A DNA stretch of 64,000 nt from Escherichia coli (GCF_011045215.1 NZ_CP049201.1); one strand, 5' to 3'. Counted from the first letter of the stretch, positions 45,363 to 59,294 are shown. The notes: generated by a model from the letters alone, not told the origin. Program-made: numbers and translations.

Positions 45363-47440
45363 GTGGTCTGGCTTTTCCGTGTTATGCCCCCCCGGTGTTC
45401 CCTGAAGATGGGCGATTAATATTATCTGAAGCGCAGGTAAACGCGAACTACCTAAAACAAATCAATAAAACAGAAGAGCACAAAACCAACTGTAGTAAAC
45501 AGGCTGGATTTAGAATTGGCTTTACGTGTAATCAAAGTATGCATATTAGTCTGTTTTTTGATGGTACAAATAATAATGAATATAATGACACTCCTGGACA
45601 CCCAACCAATATTGCCAAACTGTTTCATACGACCTATCAGAACGCAGAAGAACAGGGATATTTTAACTACTATATACCGGGTGTAGGCACACCATTTCCC
45701 AAGATAGGTGAAATGGATTACAGCAACAGCGGGCTGGAGTTCGCTACTGGTGGTGAAGATCGAATTAATTGGGCATTATTACGCCTCGTGGATGCCCTGA
45801 GCTATTCCATTGACCCTTCCCATAAGCGACTGGATGATAATGTGGCAAAAGAGCACATTCCTCTTATGCGCGCTCCCTGGCCTATGACTGGTGAAGTGAA
45901 TCGTCGCAATGTGATTAACCCCTACCTGGAAAAATTACAGGGACTGTTAGAGCAAGCCAGTCCGCGCCTGCTAAACGTAAAGCTGTTTATCTACGGATTT
46001 TCCCGTGGCGCAGCGGAAGCACGAACTTTTGTTAACTGGTTGACTCAGTTAGCTTGCCCGCAGGAGCAACAGGTGATGCTGGCCGGGTTAGCTGTCAGTA
46101 TTGAGTTTTTGGGGCTGCTGGATACCGTAGCTTCTGTGGGGGCGGCGCATGTTTTACCGGGCGCTGCCGGTCATATGGGATGGGCCGATAGTACTCAGCA
46201 ACTCCCTGATGAGAGGCAGTTTCCCGGCCTGATTAAATGCTGCCGCCACTTCGTTGCCGCGCATGAGCAGCGGCTGTGCTTTCCGCTGGATTCAATCCGT
46301 CGTCCAGACGGAAATTATCCTTTAAATGCAGAGGAAATTATCTATCCGGGGATGCACTCTGATGTCGGTGGTGGCTATCCCGTTCGCGATCAGGGGAAGT
46401 CCTGTGGTGACTCAGGCGAAATTCTTTCTCAGATAGCACTGCATGATATGTATCTTGCTGCATTTGATTCAGGAGCACCACTTGCTGTTTATTCTAAATT
46501 TGTTACTCCATTAATAAAAGGTGTGTCGCCTCTGCGAATTATGAGTCCTTCTAGCGTAAAGGAATTTACGATTGCTAATTCATTAACAAAACGCTTCAAC
46601 ATCTGGCGACAAACGCTGCTGAACACCACCTTGCAGGGTACAGAAGAAATGATTGATACGAGGGAAGGTTATCACTCCTATCAACTTGCCCAGGTTCTTG
46701 AAAGCGCAATTAGCGATCAGATCGGCTGGATCACCGCCTGGCGTATCGGTCGCTATGCGAATAACAGCCTTCTTGTGCAACCTTTTTATATTAAGGCGCC
46801 ACAGCTGGATAAAGATGGACTTGATAAAGAGGCTAAAGCGCGTAAAGAACAAATGGAAAATATTGAAAAAGAGCGGGCGAACAAGCAGAAAGGGAATGGC
46901 ACACTTGATGAAAGTAATCAGGGCATTCCTATCCTTGACCCAACCAATGCTCAGTATCAGTTGCGAGAGGCAGCCCGAGAATTTCAGAGCGATTATAAAG
47001 GATGGACGCGCGATATTAACGGCAGCGTCATGGAGAAAGCCATTCAGATTCTTGTGGATGTCATTCCTAAATATCCGGTGTATCTGATTAATGGCGATGA
47101 TGAAGCAAAAGAATATCAGCAAATTAAGGCTATGGGAGACGGACTCTATCCACAATTTTTTATTGATTCACTGGGAACGGGAACGCGTACTCAGCCATGC
47201 GCTGAATTACTGGCCCTCTATGATGACCAGGTTCACGACTCCCGCGCCTGGTTTATGCAAAGTTCGCTGGGTGGACGTGAACCCTGGGGCGGTTATTTTC
47301 GCTACCGCATGATTTACTTCGGTGATGAGGCTAATAAAGAGCTGAAGCTAATCTCTGCAGATGGCAAAGTTGTTGGCGATCAGCCCACATCCAACCGGGT
47401 CATTTATTGGATGGAATCGAAAACGGTGAGCCGAGGTTAA
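45347..47440 (+). CDS. Tle1-family T6SS phospholipase effector (DUF2235 alpha/beta-hydrolase, 697 aa)
   Basis: DUF2235 hallmark ISLFFDGTNNNEYND...; nucleophile elbow GxSxG (IYGFSRGAAEAR); vgrG-adaptor-effector gene order. Confidence 0.75.
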   Translation: MSSKISGLAFPCYAPPVFPEDGRLILSEAQVNANYLKQINKTEEHKTNCSKQAGFRIGFTCNQSMHISLFFDGTNNNEYNDTPGHPTNIAKLFHTTYQNAEEQGYFNYYIPGVGTPFPKIGEMDYSNSGLEFATGGEDRINWALLRLVDALSYSIDPSHKRLDDNVAKEHIPLMRAPWPMTGEVNRRNVINPYLEKLQGLLEQASPRLLNVKLFIYGFSRGAAEARTFVNWLTQLACPQEQQVMLAGLAVSIEFLGLLDTVASVGAAHVLPGAAGHMGWADSTQQLPDERQFPGLIKCCRHFVAAHEQRLCFPLDSIRRPDGNYPLNAEEIIYPGMHSDVGGGYPVRDQGKSCGDSGEILSQIALHDMYLAAFDSGAPLAVYSKFVTPLIKGVSPLRIMSPSSVKEFTIANSLTKRFNIWRQTLLNTTLQGTEEMIDTREGYHSYQLAQVLESAISDQIGWITAWRIGRYANNSLLVQPFYIKAPQLDKDGLDKEAKARKEQMENIEKERANKQKGNGTLDESNQGIPILDPTNAQYQLREAAREFQSDYKGWTRDINGSVMEKAIQILVDVIPKYPVYLINGDDEAKEYQQIKAMGDGLYPQFFIDSLGTGTRTQPCAELLALYDDQVHDSRAWFMQSSLGGREPWGGYFRYRMIYFGDEANKELKLISADGKVVGDQPTSNRVIYWMESKTVSRG

Positions 47441-47697
47441 GTTCATAAGATTGAGGGGTTGGTGACCGGGAAAATGTAGACATGTAGTGCCTATTCACCC
47501 CAGTTCAAACCCATCCGCATCCCGCCATGCCGGAAACTTCACACTGTACTCCCAGGGAAAAATCACGTAATGCTGTTTTTTTTGTACTAAATAATTCGCA
47601 TTTTATGTTCAATAATTGAGGTGTTCCTTATTACCTAAAGCTGTTTTTCATTGCTTATACATGATCAAATACTCATTGCATAATTAAGGGGGACAAA

Positions 47698-50480
<2,783 letters not shown>

Positions 50481-50648
50481 CTTACTCTGCAAGGGATGAT
50501 GAAAAGTGCAACTTTATTCCACGCAGCTATTTAGACAGCGTACAGTAAACAAACGAAAGTTGTTATTTCAATGGTCAGGGCAAGAGCATAAAGTGTTTAC
50601 TACACACTATGCTCTTGTCCTGGAGTCAGGTCTTGTTTGGAGGGATAA

Positions 50649-51152
50649 ATGGTAGATATTGTCGAGGCCGATAAAACGGATATTTATTTCATTCAGGAGA
50701 GTGTTTATGGCAAAATCGGGTTGCCAGCTTTTGGTAATACAATAGGACCATCCGCACAGCAGGTTGTTAAAAAGGTATTCGCTGTCGTTAAAGAACGAGA
50801 TAAAACACATGCAAAACAGAGATTATTGTTGGAATATAATGGTAACAAACTCTGGATGAATGCTATTGATGGCAGTGAAGCTATCCTACCAATAGAATTT
50901 TCTAAGCGATACGAACTTTCATTATTCAATACTACTAATTTTGGAGAAGATCCTTTTCCTGATGTTAATTTATATAATAATATGAAATCAAGTTTTTTTG
51001 TAAGGTTTGGTGGAACATCCCATCCCGAGGCTTGGGCTATTTATAATGCAAGTACGAAAGAGGTTAAATATATAGAAACTGCAAGAGAAATTGATAAAAT
51101 ATTCAGTGATTTTAACTTGAGTGGTGCATTGCCAATTCACATTGGTCAATGA
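50649..51152 (+). CDS. Hypothetical protein (167 aa), AT-rich
   Basis: ORF only; no recognised motif. Confidence 0.35.
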   Translation: MVDIVEADKTDIYFIQESVYGKIGLPAFGNTIGPSAQQVVKKVFAVVKERDKTHAKQRLLLEYNGNKLWMNAIDGSEAILPIEFSKRYELSLFNTTNFGEDPFPDVNLYNNMKSSFFVRFGGTSHPEAWAIYNASTKEVKYIETAREIDKIFSDFNLSGALPIHIGQ

Positions 51153-51218
51153 TTTTTTAAATTGTGTGATTAAATAATTGAACATTAATGATGATTTATA
51201 GCATCATTATTCTATAAC

Positions 51219-51731
51219 ATGAATAAACGGATTGAATGTGTTATGTTAAAAATGAGTTTATACGTAATAATATTGTTATTTTCCTTTCAGATTAGTGCAG
51301 CCATTACTAGCAAGGAAAGTGAGGTTGTTTCACCATTATTAATGGATGTTAATTCTTCACTAACAATGGAAAATATTTCTGAATTATCCACATCATCGGA
51401 ACCATCGCAACAGGGGGTATTTCCTGTAATATGTACTCGACTTCATCCTGGTTCCGTAATGAAACGCCAGTTATTAACCGGCTGGGGGCCTGTTTTTATA
51501 ATTGGTGATGATCCTTTTTCTCTGCGCTGGATGAGTGAACATCTGGAGATCCTTAAATCGCTAAATGCCCTTGGTTTGGTTGTTAATGTTGAATCAGTAG
51601 AACGAATGGAGGTATTACAGCAGCGGGCTGATGGGTTATTGTTATTGCCAGTTATCTGCGATAATTTCGTGCAAACTCTGCAATTAAATGCTTATCCGGT
51701 ATTAATCACAGAGATGGAAATATCACAATGA
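51219..51731 (+). CDS. Hypothetical protein (170 aa) with a probable N-terminal signal peptide, AT-rich
   Basis: Hydrophobic N-terminus (LKMSLYVIILLFSFQISAA); no recognised motif. Confidence 0.35.
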   Translation: MNKRIECVMLKMSLYVIILLFSFQISAAITSKESEVVSPLLMDVNSSLTMENISELSTSSEPSQQGVFPVICTRLHPGSVMKRQLLTGWGPVFIIGDDPFSLRWMSEHLEILKSLNALGLVVNVESVERMEVLQQRADGLLLLPVICDNFVQTLQLNAYPVLITEMEISQ

Positions 51732-51754
51732 TTAATAACATAATTACTGCAAAT

Positions 51755-51945
51755 AATATTGTAATTTTGAAAATGGTAATCCTGTTCACGACACCATAAT
51801 TAGAGTTATGTCTTGTATCCGTTCAGTATAATTTCACGAGTGCTTTATTAACTGGATGCGTGACTGCCATTCATCAAATGACAAAGACGTCATCGCGATT
51901 GATGGAAAAGCACTTCCACACTCCTATGATAAAAGTGGTCGCAGG
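51755..51945 (+). pseudogene. Internal fragment of an ISAs1-family (H-repeat) transposase gene (yafF-like remnant)
   Basis: Translates to FENGNPVHDTIIRVMSCI...[39 protein letters not shown], matching ISAs1 transposase codons about 55-118; lies next to yafV, where K-12 carries an H-repeat pseudogene. Confidence 0.7.
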
Positions 51946-52004
51946 AGAGCGGGCTTTCGTAGTCTTCCCCGACTCTCCCCAGCCCTAAACACAACCCCCA
52001 CTCA

Positions 52005-52781
52005 CTACAACCTAAACTCATCCGCATCCCGCCATGCCGGAAACTTATCGCGATATTCCCTTAACACCGCCATCGACAGCTCCGCATCAATGCGCGTTGC
52101 CTGATGCGCGTCGGCAGTAGCGATAATCTCGCCTTGCGGATTAATCACCCGGCTGTCACCGCGATAATGGCAGCCGTTGCCATCGCTGCCGACGCGATTG
52201 CATCCCGCCACATACGCCTGATTCTCAATCGCGCGGGCCGTCAGCAATGCCTGCCAGTGCAGAGAGCGCGGAGCAGGCCAGTTGGCGACGTACAGGGCGA
52301 GGTCATAATCGTTGAGATTGCGCGACCACACAGGAAAACGTAAGTCGTAGCACACCAGCGGCAAAATACGCCAGCCGCGCCATTCCACAATCACTCGCGC
52401 ATTGCCCGATTTATAATGTAGATGCTCATCTGCCATGCGGAACAGATGACGCTTATCATAAAAATGTACCGTGCCGCCCGGCTCAACCAGCAAAAAGCGG
52501 TTAACCGAACCAGACTCCGTTTGTAATGCAACACTGCCTGCAATCAGCGCATTGCACTGCTGCGCTTTAGCTGTCATCCAGTTCACTACGTCATTTTGTG
52601 CTAGCGACGAAGCTGCCGCTTCCATGGCAAAGCCGCTGGTAAACATCTCCGGTAGAACGATCACATCGCGCCCGGTAATACCTTCCAGTTGACGATCAAA
52701 ATGACGCAGGTTGGCAGGACCATCCATCCACACCAGTGGTTGCTGCAAAAGCGTAATCTTCAAACCAGGCACGGTGTACAA
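52005..52781 (-). CDS. yafV: Carbon-nitrogen hydrolase family protein (omega-amidase)
   Basis: 258-aa ORF with nitrilase-superfamily features (..VIVLPEMF.., ..LVCYDLRFP..) in the conserved position upstream of ivy. Confidence 0.88.
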   Translation of the reverse strand: MYTVPGLKITLLQQPLVWMDGPANLRHFDRQLEGITGRDVIVLPEMFTSGFAMEAAASSLAQNDVVNWMTAKAQQCNALIAGSVALQTESGSVNRFLLVEPGGTVHFYDKRHLFRMADEHLHYKSGNARVIVEWRGWRILPLVCYDLRFPVWSRNLNDYDLALYVANWPAPRSLHWQALLTARAIENQAYVAGCNRVGSDGNGCHYRGDSRVINPQGEIIATADAHQATRIDAELSMAVLREYRDKFPAWRDADEFRL

Positions 52782-52925
52782 CTCCTTTATGCGAAGGGTT
52801 TTATAACTTTAACACCTTATCAGGCAGTTGCCTTAGCGCAGAATAAATTGATAACAAATGCTGATATTGGAAATATCTGATTTGCAAATTATCGTGTTAT
52901 CGCCAGGCTTTAGGAGGTTAATAAC

Positions 52926-53399
52926 ATGGGCAGGATAAGCTCGGGAGGAATGATGTTTAAGGCAATAACGACAGTCGCCGCACTGGTCATCGCCACCAGT
53001 GCAATGGCGCAGGATGATTTAACCATTAGCAGCCTTGCAAAGGGCGAAACCACCAAAGCTGCATTTAATCAGATGGTGCAAGGGCATAAGCTGCCTGCCT
53101 GGGTGATGAAAGGCGGTACTTATACCCCTGCACAAACCGTAACGTTGGGAGATGAGACGTATCAGGTGATGAGCGCGTGCAAACCGCATGACTGTGGCTC
53201 GCAACGTATCGCTGTGATGTGGTCCGAGAAATCTAATCAGATGACGGGGCTGTTCTCGACTATTGATGAGAAAACGTCGCAAGAGAAACTCACCTGGTTG
53301 AATGTGAACGATGCGCTTTCGATTGATGGTAAAACGGTGCTGTTCGCGGCGTTGACCGGCAGCCTGGAAAACCATCCGGATGGCTTTAATTTTAAATAA
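52926..53399 (+). CDS. ivy: Inhibitor of vertebrate lysozyme (periplasmic)
   Basis: 157-aa ORF with signal peptide and the CKPHDC loop motif characteristic of Ivy. Confidence 0.9.
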   Translation: MGRISSGGMMFKAITTVAALVIATSAMAQDDLTISSLAKGETTKAAFNQMVQGHKLPAWVMKGGTYTPAQTVTLGDETYQVMSACKPHDCGSQRIAVMWSEKSNQMTGLFSTIDEKTSQEKLTWLNVNDALSIDGKTVLFAALTGSLENHPDGFNFK

Positions 53400-53441
53400 T
53401 TAGCGGATAAAGAAACGGAGCCTTTCGGCTCCGTTATTCAA

Positions 53442-55886
53442 TTACGCGGCTTCAACTTTCCGCACTTTCTCCGGCAACTTTACCGGCTTCGTCGCCAGCT
53501 CTTCCGGATCAAAGTCATCAACGTTAATACTGCGCAGACGGCTTTCTTCCGCTTTCACCAGAATAGCGGCTTCATCTTTATCAATCAGCCCCTTCGCCAG
53601 CGCGTTGTGCGCCAGTTCATCCAGACGGGTAAATGGCAGATTTTTACCCAGCTCTTTACAGATCCGCTGATGAATCGGGTCGGCGGCAATCACATCCACC
53701 AGCGCCTCTTCCAGTAAACCAACCGGGTTATGCTCGCTCGGCGTCAGGTACTGACCGCGACCAATACGTGAACGAGTGGCGTTCGGCACTTGTAAAATCT
53801 TCGCCACTTTATGATCCAGCTTGTCAGACGGTGCCAGATAATGACGTCCGGTCGGGAAGATCACCACATTCAGCAGCCCGGCAACCACGCGGTTCGGGAA
53901 GTTTTGCAGTAAATCGTCCATCGCCTGTTCTGCCTGATACAGCGCATCCTGTACGCCCCAGTGCACCAGCGGCAGATCGGCTTCATTACGGCCTTCGTCG
54001 TCATAACGCTTCAGAACGGCAGAGGCGAGGTAAAGCTGGCTTAAAATATCCCCCAGACGTGCCGAGATACGCTCACGACGTTTCAGGCTGCCGCCCAGCA
54101 CCGCCATCGAGACATCAGAAAGCAGGGCGAGGTTGGCGCTCAGGCGGTTCAGGTGTTGATAGTAGCGTTTAGTGGCATCGCCGGTTGGCGTGCTGCTGGT
54201 TAAACCGCGCGTCAGGCCCAGCCAGAAGCTGCGAACTTTGTTGCTACCGACGTGACCGATATGTTTGAACAACAGTTTATCGAACGCGTTAACGTCATTG
54301 TTCTTCGCTGCTTCCATCTCTTCCAGCACGTACGGATGGCAACGAATCGCCCCCTGGCCGAAGATCATCATGCTGCGGGTCAGAATGTTAGCCCCTTCAA
54401 CGGTGATGGCAATCGGTGCGCCCTGGTAAGCACGCGCCAGGAAGTTGCTTTGCCCGAGCATAATGCCTTTGCCACCAGTGATATCCATCGCATCAATAAT
54501 CGACTGCTGCCCGCGGTGGGTACAGTGATACTTAACGATAGCCGACAGCACGGCAGGTTTTTCGCCGAGCATAATGCCGTAGGTAATCAGCGATGCCGCA
54601 GCATCCATTACATAAGCGTTCCCGGCAATACGCGCCAGCGGCTCTTCAATCCCTTCCATCTTACCAATAGAAATTTTGAACTGACGACGAATGTGCGCAT
54701 ACGCACCCGTTGCCAGCGCTACTGATTTCACGCCGCCGGTTGAGTTGGAAGGCAGGGTGATGCCGCGGCCTACCGAGAGGCACTCCACCAGCATCCGCCA
54801 GCCTTGCCCGGCCATTTTCGGCCCACCGATGATGTAATCGATCGGTACGAAGACATCTTTACCGCGCGTCGGTCCGTTCTGGAACGGTACGTTCAGCGGG
54901 AAGTGGCGACGACCAATTTCCACGCCCGGCGTGGTGGTCGGGATCAGCGCACAGGTAATACCTAAATCTTCTGTGCCACCCAGCAGCTTTTCCGGGTCGG
55001 AGAGTTTAAACGCCAGCCCAAGCACGGTCGCAATCGGTGCCAGCGTAATGTAGCGTTTGTTCCAGGTCAGTCGCATGCCCAGCACCTGCTGGCCCTGCCA
55101 TTCACCCATGCAGACAATCCCGGTATCCGGAATCGCGCCCGCATCGGAACCCGCTTCCGGGCTGGTTAGTGCAAAGCAAGGGATTTCCTGACCACGCGCC
55201 AGACGCGGCAGATAGTGATCTTTCTGCTCGTCAGTGCCGTAATGTTGCAGCAGCTCGCCCGGGCCTAATGAGTTCGGCACGCCGACGGTAATCGCCAGGA
55301 TCCCGCTCACGCCGGAGAGTTTTTGCAGCACGCGAGACTGGGCATAAGCCGAGAACTCCAGCCCGCCGTACTCTTTTTTGATAATCATCGCGAAGAAACG
55401 ATGCTCTTTAAGGTACGCCCACAACTCCGGCGGCAAATCAGCCAGCTCATGGGTGATCTGGAAATCATTCGCCATCCGGCAGGCTTCTTCTACCGGACCG
55501 TCGAGAAACGCTTGCTCTTCTGCGGTCAGGCGCGGCTGCGGATAGTTATGCAGCTTTTTCCAGTCCGGCTTGCCCTGGAACAAGTCGCCCTCCCACCAGG
55601 TGGTGCCCGCATCAATCGCTTCTTTCTCAGTGCGCGACATCGGCGGCATCACCTTACGGAAACCGCGAAATACCGGCGCGGAAATCATCGACTTACGCAT
55701 AGGCGCAAAGTTAAATGGCACGAGGATAATGGCCAGAGGCACCAGTACCCACGCCGACCACAGACCAGCAACGCCGAGGGCGGCTGTCCAGGCGAGCAAA
55801 ATCAGACTGCTGATAAATAAGCTCACGCGGTGATAGAACAACGCGCCGAGCAGGAGAACCGTAGCGAGAATACTCAAAATCATCAT
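53442..55886 (-). CDS. fadE: Acyl-CoA dehydrogenase FadE
   Basis: The 840-aa ORF contains the FadE sequence from the internal Met ([21 protein letters not shown]...); trimmed to 814 aa. Confidence 0.9.
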   Translation of the reverse strand: MMILSILATVLLLGALFYHRVSLFISSLILLAWTAALGVAGLWSAWVLVPLAIILVPFNFAPMRKSMISAPVFRGFRKVMPPMSRTEKEAIDAGTTWWEGDLFQGKPDWKKLHNYPQPRLTAEEQAFLDGPVEEACRMANDFQITHELADLPPELWAYLKEHRFFAMIIKKEYGGLEFSAYAQSRVLQKLSGVSGILAITVGVPNSLGPGELLQHYGTDEQKDHYLPRLARGQEIPCFALTSPEAGSDAGAIPDTGIVCMGEWQGQQVLGMRLTWNKRYITLAPIATVLGLAFKLSDPEKLLGGTEDLGITCALIPTTTPGVEIGRRHFPLNVPFQNGPTRGKDVFVPIDYIIGGPKMAGQGWRMLVECLSVGRGITLPSNSTGGVKSVALATGAYAHIRRQFKISIGKMEGIEEPLARIAGNAYVMDAAASLITYGIMLGEKPAVLSAIVKYHCTHRGQQSIIDAMDITGGKGIMLGQSNFLARAYQGAPIAITVEGANILTRSMMIFGQGAIRCHPYVLEEMEAAKNNDVNAFDKLLFKHIGHVGSNKVRSFWLGLTRGLTSSTPTGDATKRYYQHLNRLSANLALLSDVSMAVLGGSLKRRERISARLGDILSQLYLASAVLKRYDDEGRNEADLPLVHWGVQDALYQAEQAMDDLLQNFPNRVVAGLLNVVIFPTGRHYLAPSDKLDHKVAKILQVPNATRSRIGRGQYLTPSEHNPVGLLEEALVDVIAADPIHQRICKELGKNLPFTRLDELAHNALAKGLIDKDEAAILVKAEESRLRSINVDDFDPEELATKPVKLPEKVRKVEAA

Positions 55887-56125
55887 AACGAAAAGCCCCT
55901 TACTTGTAGGAGGTCTGACCACTTGTGATGATATGGTTGTAGTGGATGTAAAAACATTTAGCAATGTGTTTACAATATAATTACAACAAAGCTCACATTG
56001 TTGCTGTTTTTATCCGCACTTCAGGTCAAAAAGTCCTGGTCATAGCACCTGCCCGTACTTCTCGCTTTTGGCGGTATCCGGTACACTGCATTTTGTCTAT
56101 TACATTTATGCTGAAGGATATCCTC

Positions 56126-56704
56126 ATGTACCAGGATCTTATTCGTAACGAACTGAACGAAGCGGCGGAAACGCTGGCTAACTTTTTAAAAGATGACGCC
56201 AATATTCACGCCATTCAGCGCGCGGCGGTCCTGTTAGCAGACAGCTTTAAAGCCGGTGGCAAAGTGCTTTCCTGCGGCAACGGCGGTTCCCATTGCGACG
56301 CCATGCACTTTGCCGAAGAGTTGACCGGTCGCTACCGTGAAAACCGTCCGGGCTACCCGGCGATTGCCATTTCTGACGTTAGTCATATTTCCTGCGTCGG
56401 TAATGATTTCGGTTTCAATGATATTTTCTCCCGCTACGTTGAAGCGGTAGGCCGCGAAGGCGATGTACTGCTGGGGATCTCCACATCTGGTAACTCTGCA
56501 AACGTGATCAAAGCGATCGCAGCGGCGCGTGAGAAGGGGATGAAAGTGATCACCCTGACCGGTAAAGACGGCGGCAAAATGGCTGGCACGGCGGATATCG
56601 AAATTCGCGTTCCGCACTTTGGTTATGCCGACCGCATTCAGGAGATTCACATTAAAGTGATCCATATCCTGATCCAGTTGATTGAAAAAGAGATGGTTAA
56701 GTAA
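56126..56704 (+). CDS. gmhA: Phosphoheptose isomerase (sedoheptulose-7-phosphate isomerase)
   Basis: [21 protein letters not shown]... with SIS-domain motifs; start taken at the internal Met of ORF 55964..56704 (192 aa). Confidence 0.92.
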
Positions 56705-56709
56705 GTCTG

Positions 56710-56850
56710 GCGTAGGCCGGATAAGACGTTTACGCCGCATCCGGCATTTGTGCGCTGATGCCTGATGCGACGCTGACGCGTCTTATCATGCCTACAAATC
56801 TGTACGCGAACCGTAGGCCGAATAATGCGTTCACGCCGCATCCGACCTGA
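56710..56850. repeat. REP/BIME palindromic repeats (intergenic)
   Basis: Repeated GCCGGATGCGGCGTAAACG..CTTATCCGGCCTAC-type imperfect palindromes. Confidence 0.8.
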
Positions 56851-56909
56851 AAATTCTTAAATCAATCTTCGCCGGGGGCCATGCGCTCCCGCTGTTGTGG
56901 AGGTTACCC

Positions 56910-57677
56910 ATGTGCGAATTGCTCGGGATGAGCGCCAACGTCCCTACCGATATCTGCTTTAGTTTCACCGGTCTGGTGCAGCGTGGTGGTGGAACCGGGC
57001 CACATAAAGATGGCTGGGGCATTACCTTTTACGAAGGTAAAGGCTGTCGCACATTTAAAGATCCGCAACCCAGCTTTAACTCACCTATCGCCAAACTGGT
57101 CCAGGACTACCCGATAAAATCCTGTTCGGTGGTGGCTCATATTCGCCAGGCTAATCGGGGCGAGGTGGCGCTGGAAAATACTCACCCGTTTACCCGCGAG
57201 TTATGGGGGCGTAACTGGACTTATGCCCATAACGGGCAACTGACGGGCTACAAATCACTGGAAACCGGCAACTTCCGCCCGGTAGGCGAAACCGACAGCG
57301 AAAAAGCCTTCTGCTGGCTCCTGCATAAATTAACGCAGCGTTACCCGCGCACACCGGGCAACATGGCGGCGGTATTTAAATATATCGCCTCACTGGCGGA
57401 TGAACTGCGGCTGAAGGGCGTTTTCAACATGCTGCTTTCTGACGGGCGCTATGTGATGGCATATTGCTCGACTAATTTACACTGGATCACCCGCCGCGCG
57501 CCGTTTGGCGTGGCAACGTTGCTGGATCAGGATGTGGAAATCGACTTCAGCTCGCAGACCACACCGAATGATGTGGTCACGGTGATTGCAACACAGCCGC
57601 TGACGGGCAATGAAACCTGGCAAAAGATTATGCCAGGCGAATGGCGCTTATTTTGCCTCGGGGAGCGTGTAGTTTGA
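56910..57677 (+). CDS. yafJ: Class II glutamine amidotransferase-like protein
   Basis: [10 protein letters not shown]... with N-terminal Cys nucleophile after the initiator Met; 255 aa; conserved position. Confidence 0.88.
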   Translation: MCELLGMSANVPTDICFSFTGLVQRGGGTGPHKDGWGITFYEGKGCRTFKDPQPSFNSPIAKLVQDYPIKSCSVVAHIRQANRGEVALENTHPFTRELWGRNWTYAHNGQLTGYKSLETGNFRPVGETDSEKAFCWLLHKLTQRYPRTPGNMAAVFKYIASLADELRLKGVFNMLLSDGRYVMAYCSTNLHWITRRAPFGVATLLDQDVEIDFSSQTTPNDVVTVIATQPLTGNETWQKIMPGEWRLFCLGERVV

Positions 57678-58388
57678 TGCCAGCTGTGGTTGCACAACTT
57701 CGTGGCTTAACGGCTTGCTGACCACGTAACGACCATTGACCACAGAAACGGTCGGTGGCTTACGGGTTTGCTCAAAGTAGTCGTAACCCGGCTTCAGTTG
57801 CTCCCAGAAGTCCTTAAAGTCGGAATATTTATGGCGCTTCATATTAGCGTCGGTCATGCGGAACGGGTAAATACTCACTTGCACGCTCGGCTGACCAAAC
57901 ACCAGCGCACCAGTAACGAACTGGAAGATCTCATCAATACCCTGATTGGTCATCGCGTAGCAGCCGATGGAAACACAATCGCCGTGGATCATCAGGTATT
58001 TCCCTTCATAACCATGCGCACGGTCATAGGCATTGGGGAAACCAATATTAATCGCTTTGTAGTAACGGCTGTCTGGTTTTAACTGATTACGCTGGACGCT
58101 ATAAAACCCTTCCGGGCTTTTGAAATCGCCCTGACGCTGTTTTGGCCCTAAGCCGCCGGAATATTTACAGATTTTATAACTGTCGAGCAGCTGATATTGC
58201 TCGCCCATTTTGACGTAGAGATCGAGCGTACGTTCTTCCTTGAAGATCTGGATGTAGACAGGGGATCCCATCAACTGCTGCTTATACTCTTTGCTCACTG
58301 GCGTGGTCGAGCTACTGCTGCCCAGCAAACCGGCAAACGAAACGCACGGGATCAACAACATCGCAAGAATTAATGCGATTTTACGCAT
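57648..58388 (-). CDS. yafK: L,D-transpeptidase-like periplasmic protein
   Basis: 246-aa ORF with signal peptide and YkuD-type catalytic motif ([12 protein letters not shown]). Confidence 0.88.
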   Translation of the reverse strand: MRKIALILAMLLIPCVSFAGLLGSSSSTTPVSKEYKQQLMGSPVYIQIFKEERTLDLYVKMGEQYQLLDSYKICKYSGGLGPKQRQGDFKSPEGFYSVQRNQLKPDSRYYKAINIGFPNAYDRAHGYEGKYLMIHGDCVSIGCYAMTNQGIDEIFQFVTGALVFGQPSVQVSIYPFRMTDANMKRHKYSDFKDFWEQLKPGYDYFEQTRKPPTVSVVNGRYVVSKPLSHEVVQPQLASNYTLPEAK

Positions 58389-58543
58389 ACTGCTTATTCC
58401 TTGATAAAACGGTTACACACGCCAGGACGGCAAAATGGATCCCAAATCGGAATAGTCTGGATTTGGAAGGCTCACATTATCACCAAAAGAGTTTTACGCA
58501 AGCCTGTCGGCGCAGGGTTTACAAATTTCATCGGAAGCGGGCT

Positions 58544-58822
58544 TTACCCAAAGAGCGCCGCGTGAGTTCCAGTTCTCTCAAATCGTAAAAGTTTATCGGT
58601 AAGTTTGTAAATCAGGATCCAGTCCGGTTCGACATGAGCATCGCGATAACCTTTCCATGAACCTTGCAGCGGGTGGTCTTTATAAACAGCTGGAAGCGGT
58701 AAAGTATTATTGATAAGAAGCGTCATAAGATATTTCAATTTATTCATATCCATATGACGCTTTTGTGCAAGTTTTACATCCTTTGAAAATTGTCCCGAGT
58801 ATTCAATATCCCTTTGAAACAT
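58544..58822 (-). CDS. yafQ: YafQ toxin (RelE/ParE-fold mRNA interferase)
   Basis: 92-aa ORF immediately downstream of dinJ in the conserved dinJ-yafQ operon. Confidence 0.9.
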   Translation of the reverse strand: MFQRDIEYSGQFSKDVKLAQKRHMDMNKLKYLMTLLINNTLPLPAVYKDHPLQGSWKGYRDAHVEPDWILIYKLTDKLLRFERTGTHAALFG

Positions 58823-58824
58823 AT

Positions 58825-59085
58825 TTAAATTCCTAATTTATCAAATAAATCATCGGCGTCTTTGGCCTTATGAACATCAACGCCAGCTTCGCTGTTTTTG
58901 ATTGATTGAATAGTTAATTGATTAGGCTCGCGTAAATCAAACGGCAATGCCTTTTCACGCGCGACCTTTGTGAGGGTTATGCGAACCAGGTCAGAGATGG
59001 TCAGCCCCATCCCGGCCAGTACGTCCGCCGCCTGATTCTTCAGATCTTCATCGATTCGTGCGCGAACAAACGCGTTAGCAGCCAT
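58825..59085 (-). CDS. dinJ: DinJ antitoxin
   Basis: 86-aa ORF MAANAFVRARIDEDLKNQAADVLAGMGLTISDLVRITLTKVAREKALPFDL...; LexA box upstream. Confidence 0.9.
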   Translation of the reverse strand: MAANAFVRARIDEDLKNQAADVLAGMGLTISDLVRITLTKVAREKALPFDLREPNQLTIQSIKNSEAGVDVHKAKDADDLFDKLGI

Positions 59086-59101
59086 TGGGGTATCTCCTGT
59101 G

Positions 59102-59117
59102 CTGTATATTTATTCAG
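59102..59117. promoter_or_regulatory. LexA box (SOS operator) in the dinJ promoter region
   Basis: CTGTATATTTATTCAG fits the CTGT-N8-ACAG-type LexA consensus. Confidence 0.7.
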
Positions 59118-59294
59118 CTTGAATTGTAGCTCAAATGAGCAACAGCGGCAATTCATGAGCAATTCAATAAACTGATGTATTTACATAATTCACTGAAATA
59201 TATATGTTAATTTTATAATAATGGTTTATTAAGTTTGTTCAGAAACGATCCGGGATACACTGCAACATTAAAGCATGACCAGCCATTATTGAGT

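Noticed and set aside
55964-56125. N-terminal extension of gmhA (ORF starts at 55964)
   Set aside because: The conserved GmhA sequence begins at the internal Met ([10 protein letters not shown]...) at 56126; the upstream extension overlaps the fadE promoter region and has no homology support.
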